A stretch of DNA of 64,000 nt from an uncultured candidate division Zixibacteria bacterium (GCA_963664195.1 OY760907.1:1344001-1408000), one strand, 5' to 3'; shown: positions 10,076 through 20,197, numbered from the stretch's first letter. The notes: generated from the letters alone by a model not told the origin. Translations and numbers: made by a program.

Positions 10076-10754
10076 TCACAGATTGATCGACACTAACTCC
10101 GTTCTTTGCGGCTACATATTGGGACTTATGCTTCTTATAGTCGCCTGTCCCACCTCAAGCTCTGTTGCGGACGATTTCGTTCATTCGAGGAGCATCCAAT
10201 CTCAGGATCGAATCCCGCAGCGCGACAGGCTGGACTTCGAAGCAGGTTACTTCACCGCCCGACGAGGAGATTTCCGTGAGGTGTATGGAAGCGGCGCTAC
10301 CTTTGCGGCTTCGTTTGAGCACCGTATCAACAAGCGATTTGGCTGGGGGCTGCGTTCGACCATTGGCAAGCAATCGCTAGATGCAGGCCTCAGATACTGG
10401 AGCCTCACGATCTGCCCGCATATCACGCTTACGGTTGTTGAGTCGAAGACATTTCGCCGCGTAATCGGTGTGGGCCTGGGGGCGGGCTATCGTCATGTGA
10501 ATCTTGCTGCCAGTAGAACCACAGAGCATGCTCCCGATATCGCAGCCTCTTATACTGTCACCCAACGCTCCTTCGGTGCATTCACCATGGCCATGGCCGG
10601 ATTTGATCTTCGCCTCTCCGAGAGGTTCTGTTTTGGTGGTCGGGCCTATTTTGACTACTATTTCACCGATCAGCTCTTCGGCGATGTCAAGCGCGGCGAC
10701 TTCGGCGACACCGGCGGGTTGAGTTTCACGGGCCGCATAGGCTTCGCGCTGTAG
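10068..10754 (+). CDS. Outer-membrane beta-barrel protein
   Basis: Signal peptide, alternating beta strands, C-terminal GRIGFAL; overlaps upstream gene. Confidence 0.65.
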   Translation: MTSHRLIDTNSVLCGYILGLMLLIVACPTSSSVADDFVHSRSIQSQDRIPQRDRLDFEAGYFTARRGDFREVYGSGATFAASFEHRINKRFGWGLRSTIGKQSLDAGLRYWSLTICPHITLTVVESKTFRRVIGVGLGAGYRHVNLAASRTTEHAPDIAASYTVTQRSFGAFTMAMAGFDLRLSERFCFGGRAYFDYYFTDQLFGDVKRGDFGDTGGLSFTGRIGFAL

Positions 10755-10849
10755 GGCCATAACCGACGCAAATAACTTGCATCCCCCCGACGGATTCATT
10801 ACCGTCGTGCAGTACGATTACGTCACTTATAAGCATAAGGACAGACAAC

Positions 10850-11338
10850 ATGACCCCGGTTAATCCCGAAATACTCAACGCCCTCACCGCCGGCATAGGC
10901 GCGGAAATAGCCAGCTACGTTTTCTACCTCGAAGCCGCTAAAAAGGCGGAAACGGCCGAATTCAAATCGGTGCTCGAAGATCTCGCGCTCGAGGAAAAGA
11001 AACACTTCCAGATTCTGGAACGTCAGCACAGCTCCCTGATCAAATCCGAACAGTGGATTTCCCTCGCCGATGTGCTCAAGGGCGAAGGTCTCCCCGAGAT
11101 CAACGAAGACATGGCCGGCGCGCACACAGCCCTCATCGATGAAGTCCGTAACGCCGACTCGATGAAAACCGTCCTCGATATCGCCTACCGTCTCGAGGTA
11201 GAAGCGTTCGAGATGTTCGACAAGTATGCCCATGCGGCGACCTCTCCCGAAGGCACGAAGATCTTCACCGAGCTGGCCAAGTTCGAGAAGGGCCACATGC
11301 GCCAGGTCAAGCAGATGATTGCGGATTACGTCAAGTAA
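10850..11338 (+). CDS. Rubrerythrin/ferritin-like diiron protein
   Basis: Paired E..EEKKH and E..FEKGH diiron motifs. Confidence 0.85.
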   Translation: MTPVNPEILNALTAGIGAEIASYVFYLEAAKKAETAEFKSVLEDLALEEKKHFQILERQHSSLIKSEQWISLADVLKGEGLPEINEDMAGAHTALIDEVRNADSMKTVLDIAYRLEVEAFEMFDKYAHAATSPEGTKIFTELAKFEKGHMRQVKQMIADYVK

Positions 11339-11341
11339 GAC

Positions 11342-12502
11342 ATGGACAAAAAACGGCTCCTCAATTGGATCGAACTTTCCCGGCCCGCTCTCAATAAGAA
11401 TATCGATTCGCTCGCAAACCTAGCCGGACCAGGACGAAAGCTAGCAGTATGCGTCAAGTCCAACGCCTACGGCCACGGTCTCCCGCAGATGGTGTCGATG
11501 CTCTCCGACAGAGGTGAAGTCGACTACCTGACCGTCCATTCCCTCGAGGAAGCCCTCCTCTGCCGCATGTCCGGCTGGCAACGCAAGATCATGTTGCTCG
11601 GCCCGGTGCCGCTGTGTGCGCTCGAAGAAGTCCTCGAACATGATCTGGAGCCGGTCGTGTTTACCCGCGAGTCTCTTACCGAACTCGGCAAGCTTTCCAG
11701 CAAGTGGGGAAAACCGGTACGCACGCATCTCAAACTCGAAACCGGTACGCACCGTCAGGGGATCACCGAAAAGGACCTGAAGTCTTTCGCGTCGATCTAT
11801 AAGAAGTACCCGTACTTGAAAAGCCCCCACGGGGCCGCGATGCACTTTGCGAACATCGAGGATACCACCAATCACGAGTTCGCGCAGTCGCAGCTTGATA
11901 ATTTCAATCGCATGGTCAAGACAATGACGAAACTCGGCATCAAGCCCCAAGTCCGTCACACGGCCAGTTCGGCGGCGCTTATCCTGTTCGAGAAGACCAG
12001 GTTTGAACTTGTCCGTCCGGGCATCGCAACCTACGGTCACTGGCCCTCGAAAGAAACCTATCTCAGCTACCGGCTCGAGGGCGGCACCAACAGCATTTTC
12101 GATCCGGTGCTGACCTGGAAAACGCGCGTGACACAAATCAAGGAGCTTCCGACCGATTCCTACATCGGTTACGGCTGCACCTATCGCACGACCTCGCCAA
12201 CCAAACTGGCCGTGCTGCCGGTGGGGTATGCCGACGGGTACTCGCGGGGGCTGTCCAACGTGGCTCACGTGCTCATTCGTGGCAAGCGCGCCCCTGTTCG
12301 CGGGCGAGTCTGCATGAACTTGATTATGGTTGATATCACCGACATCCCCGGCGTCAAACTAGAGGAACCGGTAACACTTCTGGGTCGTCAGAAAGGTGAA
12401 ACGGTGTCCGCCGAGCAGTTGGCATCGTGGTCCGGCACCATCAATTATGAGATTTTGGCTCGTTTGTCCCCCGGTTTGCCTCGTTTGATAGCTTCTTGCT
12501 AA
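11342..12502 (+). CDS. alr: Alanine racemase
   Basis: VKSNAYGHG, KLETGTHRQG, GYADG, GRVCMN, GTINYE. Confidence 0.95.
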   Translation: MDKKRLLNWIELSRPALNKNIDSLANLAGPGRKLAVCVKSNAYGHGLPQMVSMLSDRGEVDYLTVHSLEEALLCRMSGWQRKIMLLGPVPLCALEEVLEHDLEPVVFTRESLTELGKLSSKWGKPVRTHLKLETGTHRQGITEKDLKSFASIYKKYPYLKSPHGAAMHFANIEDTTNHEFAQSQLDNFNRMVKTMTKLGIKPQVRHTASSAALILFEKTRFELVRPGIATYGHWPSKETYLSYRLEGGTNSIFDPVLTWKTRVTQIKELPTDSYIGYGCTYRTTSPTKLAVLPVGYADGYSRGLSNVAHVLIRGKRAPVRGRVCMNLIMVDITDIPGVKLEEPVTLLGRQKGETVSAEQLASWSGTINYEILARLSPGLPRLIASC

Positions 12503-12587
12503 CTCGCTGAACAACAACGCCATATAGACGGTAGACTCTGGTCTTAATCAGGTCTATATTGACCCTTTATATTGTTATAATTTTCAC

Positions 12588-12616
12588 TTGACACCCCATA
12601 ACCCTCGGGATATACT
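12588..12616 (+). promoter_or_regulatory. Sigma70-type promoter of rex
   Basis: TTGACA-17 nt-TATACT. Confidence 0.8.
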
Positions 12617-12619
12617 TCC

Positions 12620-12637
12620 TTGTGAACGTTTTCACAT
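12620..12637. promoter_or_regulatory. Rex operator
   Basis: TTGTGAA-CGTT-TTCACAT vs consensus TTGTGAA-N4-TTCACAA, just downstream of the -10; weaker second site at 12572-12589. Confidence 0.8.
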
Positions 12638-12661
12638 ATAGCTTCTCAGGTAGGTTTTAGT

Positions 12662-13345
12662 TTGTCGGCGAGAAATAGCGACACCGGTGTCAACTCCGGA
12701 AAGAAGAGAATTTCAGAGTCAACCATTCATCGACTATCGTTGTACTTGCGTGCTCTGTCTGTTCTCGAAAAAGAGGGACATGAGACGGTCTCCTCTAAGG
12801 AACTCGCTAAACGCGAGAAGCTAACCCCTGCCCAGGTACGCAAAGATCTCTCTTTTTTTGGTTCATTCGGAACCCGCGGACTCGGCTACCCGGTCGCGAC
12901 ACTTCGTGAACAAATAGCAGGCATTCTCGGTATCAACCGGGCCTGGAAAGTCGCGTTGTTTGGGGTCGGTAATATCGGTTCGGCGTTGGTCAGCTACAAA
13001 GAGTTCTCACGGCAGGGCTTCCAGATCATCAAGCTGTTCGACAACGACCAACGGAAGATCGGCTCAAACCACAAAGGCATCATCATCTCCGACGCTCGCA
13101 ACATGCACGAGGAACTGGCCGAAGCCCAGATCGACATCGCGGTCGTAGCGGTGCCGGCGACCGTCGCACAGTACATTGTTGATGATATTTGCAAAGCCGG
13201 AATTAAGGCGATTCTGAATTTCGCCCCGATAAATCTTCGCGTCCCCGACGATGTTTACCTTCGCAATGAGAACATGTCGATGGAGCTTGAGTACTTGTCG
13301 TTTGCGTTGGTGAACAACCACGCCCAGAAACGTCCAAAAATCTGA
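12662..13345 (+). CDS. rex: Redox-sensing transcriptional repressor Rex
   Basis: RLSLYLR, QVRKDLSFFGSFGTRGLGY, GVGNIG, ILNFAP. Confidence 0.95.
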   Translation: MSARNSDTGVNSGKKRISESTIHRLSLYLRALSVLEKEGHETVSSKELAKREKLTPAQVRKDLSFFGSFGTRGLGYPVATLREQIAGILGINRAWKVALFGVGNIGSALVSYKEFSRQGFQIIKLFDNDQRKIGSNHKGIIISDARNMHEELAEAQIDIAVVAVPATVAQYIVDDICKAGIKAILNFAPINLRVPDDVYLRNENMSMELEYLSFALVNNHAQKRPKI

Positions 13346-13394
13346 CCACAGGGACGAGCGGAGCGGCTGAAACACCGTCGACATCTCTCAACAC

Positions 13395-15905
13395 CTAATC
13401 AGCCATGTTTTCAAACGTCGCGTGATAATCCGCTGTGCCTATCACCGTGTCGTAGAGACCGATATCTTCCCCCTCATGTTTATTGATGCCGATATACACT
13501 AAGCTGGCATCCTCATACCGTTTGAACTTATAGACCGCGTCATTCATCAATGCGCTGTTGAAGACTCCCAAACTGACAAGAAGCTCAAAATCTATCACAG
13601 ACAAGCCAGTGACTCTCTTGAATAGCCCCGGTTCAAGCTGGGTAATGACATCCTTGAGGCTACGCTCGCGATAGTCTGTCAAGTACATGAAAATAGGAAC
13701 ACGGGTGGCGAATTTGATGAGCTTTTCCTGAATCTGCTTACGCTTGCTCTTGTATTCTTTTTCTTCTTCAGTCAGTTTCTTTTTCTCTCTTGAGGACATC
13801 TCTTCGTCATTCTTGTCCTTCCGGGCCTTCTTCACCGCATCCGATTTGTTGATGATGGTTTCGATGTCCTGGTTAAGGCTACGGAACCCTTCAATACTCA
13901 TCAACGCCTCCAAGGCCGCATTGTTAGCCATCAAACGCTGCAACGTGCTGTTGTCCACATTCACCAGAAGGGCGCTCTCCCACTTCCGGGCCAGTAGCGT
14001 TGCGGATGTTCCGCTCATTGCGATGTCAAGAATACCCGCCGCATCTATCTGTTTCATGGAACTGCCGTCATAGGCCAGCACGGGCAGGAAACTGACAAAT
14101 TCCTCGACTTTTCTCTCGGGATTGTGCTCATCCGCGTTCAAGCGGCAACTATAATCGGCGATCTGTCGCAAGGCCCTATCCGGAGCAAAATCAAAGACAT
14201 AGCATTCTCTCTTGATAATTTCCTCACGGTTGGGTGAATTGTCATCCTGATTCATAACAGTCCAAGGGGTCTGTACGCGGAAAGCTGCCTGAAAATAGGT
14301 CTCCGGGGTGGATGAGTTACGCAGCATGAATATGCCCGTCCATGGCCGCACAGTCACCCCCGTTGTCAGTTTCCCGCAAGACAACGTGATCGTTTTCGTC
14401 TTGAGGGGATCGTCCATCGCCTCCAACACGGGAGGCAGTGCCGCGGCACCTATCCCCGCGCCGCTCCCCGCCGCCACCAACACACAGTAGTCGTGATAAA
14501 AGCGATTCTGCTTCTGTGCCAGCAGATTGCGCATGGCGTGGCAAGCGGCTACACTCGGTAGGAACCAGAAAGTATGTGACAGCAGATTGAGCAATCGGGT
14601 GTGAGAGAAGGGCATCGGCGGCTTCTGCGCCCCCAGCTTCAAGTTGTCCACGGTAGTGGCCTGAAACGAACCTCTAATGAGGTCCAGCCACTTCTGTACT
14701 TCATCTTTGTATATGAACCGAGCCTTATCACCATTCCCCTCTGCTGAAAAGAAGATGTTCAGGTCAAACACGTCGTACTCCCCCTGCATAGCGATCTCGC
14801 GGATGGCATCAGGCAGTTGATAGGTCATCAGCACCATGCGCGGGAGCGCCGCATAGGGGTTATCCTCGCCCTGCCAATCCTGATTGGCTCGTTGTTCATC
14901 CGAATACGTCCAGTTGAATATCTGCTCCTCAATAAACTCGCCCGAGGCAATGGCCCGAAACGGTGTGCCGGACAGATACAGATAGGCATCCGTCGTAATC
15001 GGCATGATCTCTTCATCGAAATCCTTCAGCCCTTCCCCTTCGCCGAACTCGATCTCTTTCTTTTCCTCCGCCTCGAACAGCTCCCTGGCACTCTCGCGCC
15101 AGGCACCGTAGTGGTATTCGTCCAAGATAACGCAGTCCCAGTTGGTCGCATGCACCCACTCGTTTTTGGTTTTGATGCCGCCCGTGCTTTTGTTTTTGCC
15201 CAAATAGTCCTGAAACGAGCCGAAACAGACGAAGGGCTTCTTCATGTTTGCATCTTCGTAGGCGAGGCCACCCGGCGAGATGAACTGCCAACCCTTGAAA
15301 TCAATGTGCCTCTTTAAGTCGTCCTCCCAGGCATTCTGAACCGCCGGTTTGAAGGTCAGCACCAGCACCTTGCGCCATTTCATCTTGTTCGCAAGCTGAT
15401 ACGCGGTAAAGGTCTTGCCGAAGCGCATCTTCGCGTTCCAGAGGTAATGTGGTGTCCTATGGGGATCGTCCCGGTGCGCACTCTTGAAATAGTCTGCAGT
15501 TCTCTCAACTGCTTCAATTTGCTCGGGCCGCATTTGGAAATCAAGCGAGCGATTTTCCTCGTTCCGTTGCCCCGTCCGCACGGCTATCACCGCCGCCTTC
15601 ACTGCGTCTACCGAACATTCAAACCACTCACCTTCCGGATTCTTCGCCCCCATGCTTCTCAGAATACGATGCACGTCATGATCTGTGAAGGCCGTGCCGT
15701 CGCTGCGCATGGCTGACTCTTCGAGCACAATCTTGTAGGGCGGTTTTCCGGGTTTCTTCGTGGGATACTGCTGCGCCACACGGGTTCGCACATCCACCGT
15801 CGTGTAGCCGACTTTCAGCAGACCTTTGTACTGCGGATTCGTGTCTTTGTAGGCGTAGATGGCCGGCTTCGATTGTGGCCGCGGTGGGAAGAACTCGTTA
15901 CTCAT
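13395..15905 (-). CDS. Restriction-type nuclease-helicase: N-terminal T5orf172/GIY-YIG-like domain plus SF2 (ResIII-like) helicase
   Basis: IYAY..LKVGYT..R..QQY..EWF nuclease region; AKMRFGKT Walker A, DEYH, LSGTP, QAAFRVQ. Confidence 0.82.
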   Translation of the reverse strand: MSNEFFPPRPQSKPAIYAYKDTNPQYKGLLKVGYTTVDVRTRVAQQYPTKKPGKPPYKIVLEESAMRSDGTAFTDHDVHRILRSMGAKNPEGEWFECSVDAVKAAVIAVRTGQRNEENRSLDFQMRPEQIEAVERTADYFKSAHRDDPHRTPHYLWNAKMRFGKTFTAYQLANKMKWRKVLVLTFKPAVQNAWEDDLKRHIDFKGWQFISPGGLAYEDANMKKPFVCFGSFQDYLGKNKSTGGIKTKNEWVHATNWDCVILDEYHYGAWRESARELFEAEEKKEIEFGEGEGLKDFDEEIMPITTDAYLYLSGTPFRAIASGEFIEEQIFNWTYSDEQRANQDWQGEDNPYAALPRMVLMTYQLPDAIREIAMQGEYDVFDLNIFFSAEGNGDKARFIYKDEVQKWLDLIRGSFQATTVDNLKLGAQKPPMPFSHTRLLNLLSHTFWFLPSVAACHAMRNLLAQKQNRFYHDYCVLVAAGSGAGIGAAALPPVLEAMDDPLKTKTITLSCGKLTTGVTVRPWTGIFMLRNSSTPETYFQAAFRVQTPWTVMNQDDNSPNREEIIKRECYVFDFAPDRALRQIADYSCRLNADEHNPERKVEEFVSFLPVLAYDGSSMKQIDAAGILDIAMSGTSATLLARKWESALLVNVDNSTLQRLMANNAALEALMSIEGFRSLNQDIETIINKSDAVKKARKDKNDEEMSSREKKKLTEEEKEYKSKRKQIQEKLIKFATRVPIFMYLTDYRERSLKDVITQLEPGLFKRVTGLSVIDFELLVSLGVFNSALMNDAVYKFKRYEDASLVYIGINKHEGEDIGLYDTVIGTADYHATFENMAD

Positions 15906-17412
15906 CGCTGGCGTCCATCGGGCGTATTTTCGATTCTATGAATTCGATCTGCGCTCTTGTGATCCCGTATCGTTTGTAGAGCAGCCTGTCAGTCCATTCA
16001 GTATCCATTTTGAGAACAGGGACAAATAAGTACGAGTCCTTCGTGATGTGATGGGAGTACATAAACTGGGAAACCAAAAATCGAAACAGCCTGGTCTTCA
16101 TATAGCCCATTAGGTTCTTGGCTTGAGCCTCATCCATGAAGCTGCCGATTACGAGATAGGTTTCTGTGCAGATTGTTCCAGGCGGCAAGATGTCGATTTT
16201 GGAAAACACCCTGCGTCTGCCATCTTTGCCGGGATTCCCAGCATGGTCATAACCGACATAGGAAGTGATGACCTTCCATAGATCGATCATTTCAGCTCCA
16301 GTAGTGACATCTTTTCGTTTGTATGGGCCTTCCCCCTTTTGCCAGCGCAGCATGATGTCGCCTCGCTTGGATGGCCTTGCACTCGTCGGTAGCCCAAATG
16401 GCTTTCTGCTAGAAACCTGTTGGCTCATCCGCTTCTCTTTCTTTGCTAGCACTTTGCGAATGATGGGAACGGCTTGGCTATGGCGGATAAACGCTTTGTA
16501 CTCGTTCAGCGGTCGTGTTGCTGTAACTGCCGTATCAGTGTGGACATTGACGACTTCGCACGGACCGGTTGAGTCACGCTCCCACAAAAAATAGCAGATG
16601 CCGCCCGCGATATCCACACCGGGAAAGCACTCTGTCGCGTCTTCGAAATCTACCAGTTTTCGTATGCGATCATCGTTCAGCATTTCAGCACGAAAATCAT
16701 TCAGACCTTTTCCGCCACCAAACCAGCGCGAAGGAATAATCATGGTCAGAAACCGCGGATTGAGCTTCTTGGCCTGCTGCACAAATTTCTGGTAGATGGG
16801 AGATGCGCTCCTTCCAAAGCCACCATCGCTCAATTGATAAGGCGGATTACCGACAATGACATCGAACTTCATATTGAATAACTCCTCTGGGTTCTCGGTG
16901 TGGATATACTCATAGGCATGAGTTTCAAGCTCCTCGCCTCGCCGGTAGTTGGCTTCGCTGGCTCCGCAAAAGCAACAGCGTCCGTCCAGCCATGTGTGTT
17001 CCATTCGTTCAAAGCGAATATTGCCCTGCGGATCATCAAATGTCTCGCAGACAGAGTATTTGCCGTTGGCTGTCTTGGAGCAGTACACCGAGCGGCGCGA
17101 AAGCAGAGAAGTCAACTCCGTGATGGCCATGCCGAAAAGCTGCTTGCTGAAAATGTGGTTGATGCGTTCCTGCTTGTCGGGGATCTCCTTCTCCAGCCCG
17201 ACATCGAGCCGTTTGGCAATCTCGCGCAGAAAGACGCCCGATTTGCAGACCGGGTCCAGAAACCTGGCGTTCTTGTTGCTCCAGATTTCGGGCGGGAGCA
17301 AATCGAGTATCGAGTTGGCCAACTTTGGTGGTGTGAAGACTTCATCACTGCTCAGGTTGGCCAGACAGGACAGGACGTCCGGGTTGTAGCTACTGCTCTT
17401 CAGCATCGGCAA
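15898..17412 (-). CDS. Eco57I-like N6-adenine DNA methyltransferase
   Basis: DEVFTPP, LDPVCKSGVFL, FDVIVGNPPY, C-terminal target-recognition region. Confidence 0.88.
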   Translation of the reverse strand: MPMLKSSSYNPDVLSCLANLSSDEVFTPPKLANSILDLLPPEIWSNKNARFLDPVCKSGVFLREIAKRLDVGLEKEIPDKQERINHIFSKQLFGMAITELTSLLSRRSVYCSKTANGKYSVCETFDDPQGNIRFERMEHTWLDGRCCFCGASEANYRRGEELETHAYEYIHTENPEELFNMKFDVIVGNPPYQLSDGGFGRSASPIYQKFVQQAKKLNPRFLTMIIPSRWFGGGKGLNDFRAEMLNDDRIRKLVDFEDATECFPGVDIAGGICYFLWERDSTGPCEVVNVHTDTAVTATRPLNEYKAFIRHSQAVPIIRKVLAKKEKRMSQQVSSRKPFGLPTSARPSKRGDIMLRWQKGEGPYKRKDVTTGAEMIDLWKVITSYVGYDHAGNPGKDGRRRVFSKIDILPPGTICTETYLVIGSFMDEAQAKNLMGYMKTRLFRFLVSQFMYSHHITKDSYLFVPVLKMDTEWTDRLLYKRYGITRAQIEFIESKIRPMDASDE

Positions 17413-18049
17413 GCCTCAGGAAGTGCGTTAAAGGGTATTCTCTTTCCGGTGTGGGAATGAACACATCATCGCCGAGGTCGGAAAAGAGGGGAGTACTCTT
17501 GTATGCCTCGTGCTCCAGTAAGCCGCGGAAAGAGAAATCACGGCGCTTGAGCATGCTGCCATTGACGGGCGACCACTCAGAAAAGACAATTGGTCGCGGG
17601 TTCGCTCCCACGGTTTTCAATGTGAGGGCGTCTCCCCAAACGATATTGCGCTCAAGTATGTACCGGACCGCGCTCCGGCATTCTTCTTTGGCCGTAGCTT
17701 TGTAGCGGGCGGTGTATTTCTGATCGAAAATACACAGAAGACGCGCGCGGCACGCCTGACAATTATCATCAAGTATGTCAATACCATAGATGCTTGAGAC
17801 AGCAAGCACGGCATTGCGCTCGTATTCAAGTTGACTTTTTCGGTAGCGGGCCTCTACAACCCTAAGTTTCCGTTCTAATACTTCTGCCAAGAAATTGCCC
17901 GTACCACAGGCTGGTTCGAGGAAACGGGAATCGATTCTCTCTGTCTCCTGTTTCACCAGATCAAGCATGGCATTGACTTCCCGCGTGCTGGTAAAGACCT
18001 CGCCATGATCGGAAACTCTCTTCTTGGAGACAACCTGCTTTTCTGTCAA
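17390..18049 (-). CDS. Short SAM-binding DNA methyltransferase-like subunit (no NPPY)
   Basis: HGEVFT, FLEPACGTGNFL, IYGIDI, NIVWGDAL; overlaps next gene. Confidence 0.8.
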   Translation of the reverse strand: MTEKQVVSKKRVSDHGEVFTSTREVNAMLDLVKQETERIDSRFLEPACGTGNFLAEVLERKLRVVEARYRKSQLEYERNAVLAVSSIYGIDILDDNCQACRARLLCIFDQKYTARYKATAKEECRSAVRYILERNIVWGDALTLKTVGANPRPIVFSEWSPVNGSMLKRRDFSFRGLLEHEAYKSTPLFSDLGDDVFIPTPEREYPLTHFLRLADAEEQ

Positions 18050-18346
18050 TTTAGAACCCCTCTATGCACCGGGTTTCTAGTGGTCGCTTGATTGTCACAC
18101 ATCCCTCCCGAATCATCGAGCAAGTCAGATTGGAATAAGGTCGCCTTCAAGATACACAATGGTCCGTGATTGTCAATCGGGAAACGAATCCGCCAGAGGT
18201 GGAACCCTGGTGGTCACAAAAGGGAGAATGCGGTTATCCCCCACCCGAGGCACGGGCGGGCCACCGGGAGGCGGGTCACCGGGCAGAAGGACGGGTGGCC
18301 GGCTCAAACTTGTTTGGGCCGGACAGGTATCTTGCCCCGTATGTTC

Positions 18347-18382
18347 AAAAGAAAAAGCGCCGGAGTTTCATCCCCGACGCTT
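18347..18382 (-). terminator. Rho-independent terminator after beta-barrel gene
   Basis: Minus strand GCGTCGGGG-ATGAAA-CTCCGGCGC-TTTTTCTTTT. Confidence 0.7.
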
Positions 18383-18402
18383 CACTCTGCTTGAAAATGT
18401 CA

Positions 18403-19128
18403 TTAGAATCTGACCAACACCCCCGCGTACACCTTCACCATGTCCGTTCTCGATTTCATGGTTTCGAACGTTACGTTGCCGTCGTCCCGTTGGATTGAAC
18501 CTTCTTTTAGATACTCCGCCTCGCCGCCGCGAACATACCTTACCCCCGCGTCGAGCAGAATCTGCAGGGGGCTTCGGAACACCTTTTTGACGTTCCGAGT
18601 GTAGAGCGACAGCAACGCACCGCCACCTATACCGTAGGCAAACGCGGCATCGTCCTGGTTTGTATGGCCGGCGATATTCTCTATTTCACCTCCGGTGTTT
18701 GAGATGTTGGTCCGAGTGTAAAGATAATTCAGGCCCACCAGCGCGTCGCCGTATAGCTGTACTCGCCCCGCAGGTACCCGGCGGCGCAACACGAAAAGAG
18801 CCTGCACGATGCTATTCGAGGTTGTCACGTCGACTGTTACATCCGGAATGGTCGTCGAGAACGGCTCACGGCGCGTCTCGCTGCCGTAATTCATCCAGCT
18901 AAGGTCGAGTCCGATTGCAAAGGGTTTGGTCTTCGGCGTATAGAATATCTGGCCGTCCAGACCGTAGGCGTCGTTTCCGATCTGATCCTTCAAGTCGCCC
19001 TGGAGAAGGCCGGAATTAAAGTGCATGCCTCCGGCCCATCTTGTTGTGGTCGGGTTAGCGGTCGCGCTGGCAATCAGTATGAGCACCATTGCTGTCAGGG
19101 TGATAATCGTTTTGCTCGCAGTCTTCAT
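18403..19128 (-). CDS. Outer-membrane beta-barrel protein
   Basis: Signal peptide MKTASKTIITLTAMVLILIASATA, beta strands, terminal Phe. Confidence 0.75.
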   Translation of the reverse strand: MKTASKTIITLTAMVLILIASATANPTTTRWAGGMHFNSGLLQGDLKDQIGNDAYGLDGQIFYTPKTKPFAIGLDLSWMNYGSETRREPFSTTIPDVTVDVTTSNSIVQALFVLRRRVPAGRVQLYGDALVGLNYLYTRTNISNTGGEIENIAGHTNQDDAAFAYGIGGGALLSLYTRNVKKVFRSPLQILLDAGVRYVRGGEAEYLKEGSIQRDDGNVTFETMKSRTDMVKVYAGVLVRF

Positions 19129-19233
19129 TGTTCTCTGTTCCTCTTGTATTTCGCTGGTCTTGTCTTCATGGACATGCAATATAAATGGAATTGCGTTACT
19201 ATGTTACATGAATGTTTATCGAGCAGGCAGATA

Positions 19234-19248
19234 GCAACGACCGTGCCA
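19234..19248 (-). promoter_or_regulatory. Sigma54 (-24/-12) promoter
   Basis: Minus strand TGGCAC-GGTCG-TTGC, perfect consensus. Confidence 0.7.
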
Positions 19249-19426
19249 GAACGGTAAGGCCTTGTAGTGCAGGGCATTAGGTATTGGTTCGATCCGTAAC
19301 CGTGGCGTTTACACACAGGCGCGCACATAGCTGTGCACAGAGAAGAGGCAGGGGGGTAGGGACGACGAAGGGTGTCCTCATCCCAGGAGATGTTACTCGG
19401 CGTCTGGCGGAATTGTGGGAGCTACG

Positions 19427-20197
19427 TTACGGTTGGTCGCCGTTTTGTCCAGTTGGGCAGACTTCTCTCATGTAACAATCCTCGCACTTGGGATTCTGCG
19501 GTTTGCACCATGTTCTGCCGATTTCCCAGCACGGCAGATCCATCATGCCGGGAAACTCGGGATACAAAGATCTGGCTCTGTAGATGACCTGCTCAACCGA
19601 AGGGTCTGAACCGCAGAACCCCAATCTTGCGAAGACTCTCTTGATGTGCACATCCGCAGAGATGTCAATGGAGAAGTAGTCACTCATCGGAATCTTAAGC
19701 TCTCGGGCCAGAATATTCGTTGCCATACTGGCGATTTTTGGCCCTACCCCCTCGAACTGCAGAAAACGGTAAATCACTTCGGCGCTTGAGGGGTTGTCCG
19801 TCCAGATGCGAGAGGCGTCACCGCCGTATTGTCCGTGAATCCTCTGCACTGCCAGAAAGAAGTATCTACTCATCCTGTCAATAAAACGGTGGAGACTCTC
19901 CGGCTCTCTCATGAGTCTGTTGATATCAGCCTCCGAGAGTTTATGTAGCGCAACAATGCCGGAATCGCCGATCAGTGTCGCGATTTTGAAAGGAATCAGC
20001 CAGGCCCTTTCTGCCTTTATCTGTTGATCCATTACACACGCCAGCACAAATGCATGCGGCGTCCGCTCCAGATCGTTTAGTAATGCATCAGCGCTGTCGG
20101 TTTTAGTGAACCGGATCGTTTCTTTCGGAGCGTTGAACAACTCCTTGCCGCGCTCAACCAGCCTGTCTCGTGCGACGCTTGCTGTTTCTGTAATCAT
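19427..20197 (-). CDS. HhH-GPD / endonuclease III-like DNA glycosylase with [4Fe-4S] loop
   Basis: HhH FEGVGPKIA, DVHIKRV, C-x6-C-x2-C-x5-C. Confidence 0.82.
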   Translation of the reverse strand: MITETASVARDRLVERGKELFNAPKETIRFTKTDSADALLNDLERTPHAFVLACVMDQQIKAERAWLIPFKIATLIGDSGIVALHKLSEADINRLMREPESLHRFIDRMSRYFFLAVQRIHGQYGGDASRIWTDNPSSAEVIYRFLQFEGVGPKIASMATNILARELKIPMSDYFSIDISADVHIKRVFARLGFCGSDPSVEQVIYRARSLYPEFPGMMDLPCWEIGRTWCKPQNPKCEDCYMREVCPTGQNGDQP

